64,000 nt of DNA, from assembly GCA_951804945.1 (NCBI GenBank), contig OX638165.1, positions 23,932,001-23,996,000 of the forward strand, written 5' to 3'. A model generated the notes under the pieces. That model did no database searches and was not told the DNA's origin. It was given only the letters and a program-made list of their open reading frames with translations. This stretch comes from Podarcis cretensis. Lineage: Eukaryota. Shown one piece after another: positions 1-64,000 of this stretch. Numbering within the stretch: position 1 is the stretch's first letter; every line of letters begins with the position of its first letter. Both the position numbers and the translations under genes were made by a program.

Positions 1-32
1 AGGAATAGATCCAGGGTGTTGGTGGAGTTTAA

Positions 33-63817
<63,785 letters not shown>

Positions 63818-64000
63818 GTAAGAAGTAATATTACAGCTTTACACTTATAGGAGAGGGGGAAAGAGAGACCCCTGCCCCAAGGTGCCCTCTACTTTGGAAG
63901 GATGGGGATAGCATGGTGGCAGTAGATGGACATGATGAGCTAGGTGCAGTTTCACCTACTGAGATGCCAGTTTGACTGGGGAAGAAAAGTGGAGAAGGTT

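Overview
Vertebrate genomic DNA from a squamate reptile, most likely a lacertid lizard, judged from Sauria-SINE, BovB, CR1 and L2 repeats. The whole window lies inside one plus-strand gene, CIT (citron Rho-interacting serine/threonine kinase). I traced 33 consecutive GT-AG coding exons (243..63817, 4220 nt, 1406 codons + 2 nt) that splice without a frameshift or stop. They encode the long coiled coil/Rho-binding region and the C1, PH and CNH domains. The kinase exons lie upstream and the last exons downstream of the window. Gene identity rests on my recollection of the mammalian CIT protein; no database search was run. The introns hold many TA-flanked Tc1/mariner-type MITEs, SINEs and LINE remnants, plus a 153-nt assembly gap. 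Most ORFs in the supplied track are spurious or run on from exons. I found no convincing wholly new biological system. The best leads are: (i) a TSD-flanked, polyadenylated 2.36-kb L1 derivative that has ORF1 but lacks almost all of ORF2 (HAL1-like), with an internal inverted duplication that preserves the unbroken ORF1 frame; (ii) a frame-preserving 21-nt candidate microexon just before the C1 domain; (iii) a ~77-bp near-perfect hairpin just upstream of a CNH-exon branch point; (iv) an RTE LINE with both ends intact but the endonuclease deleted.
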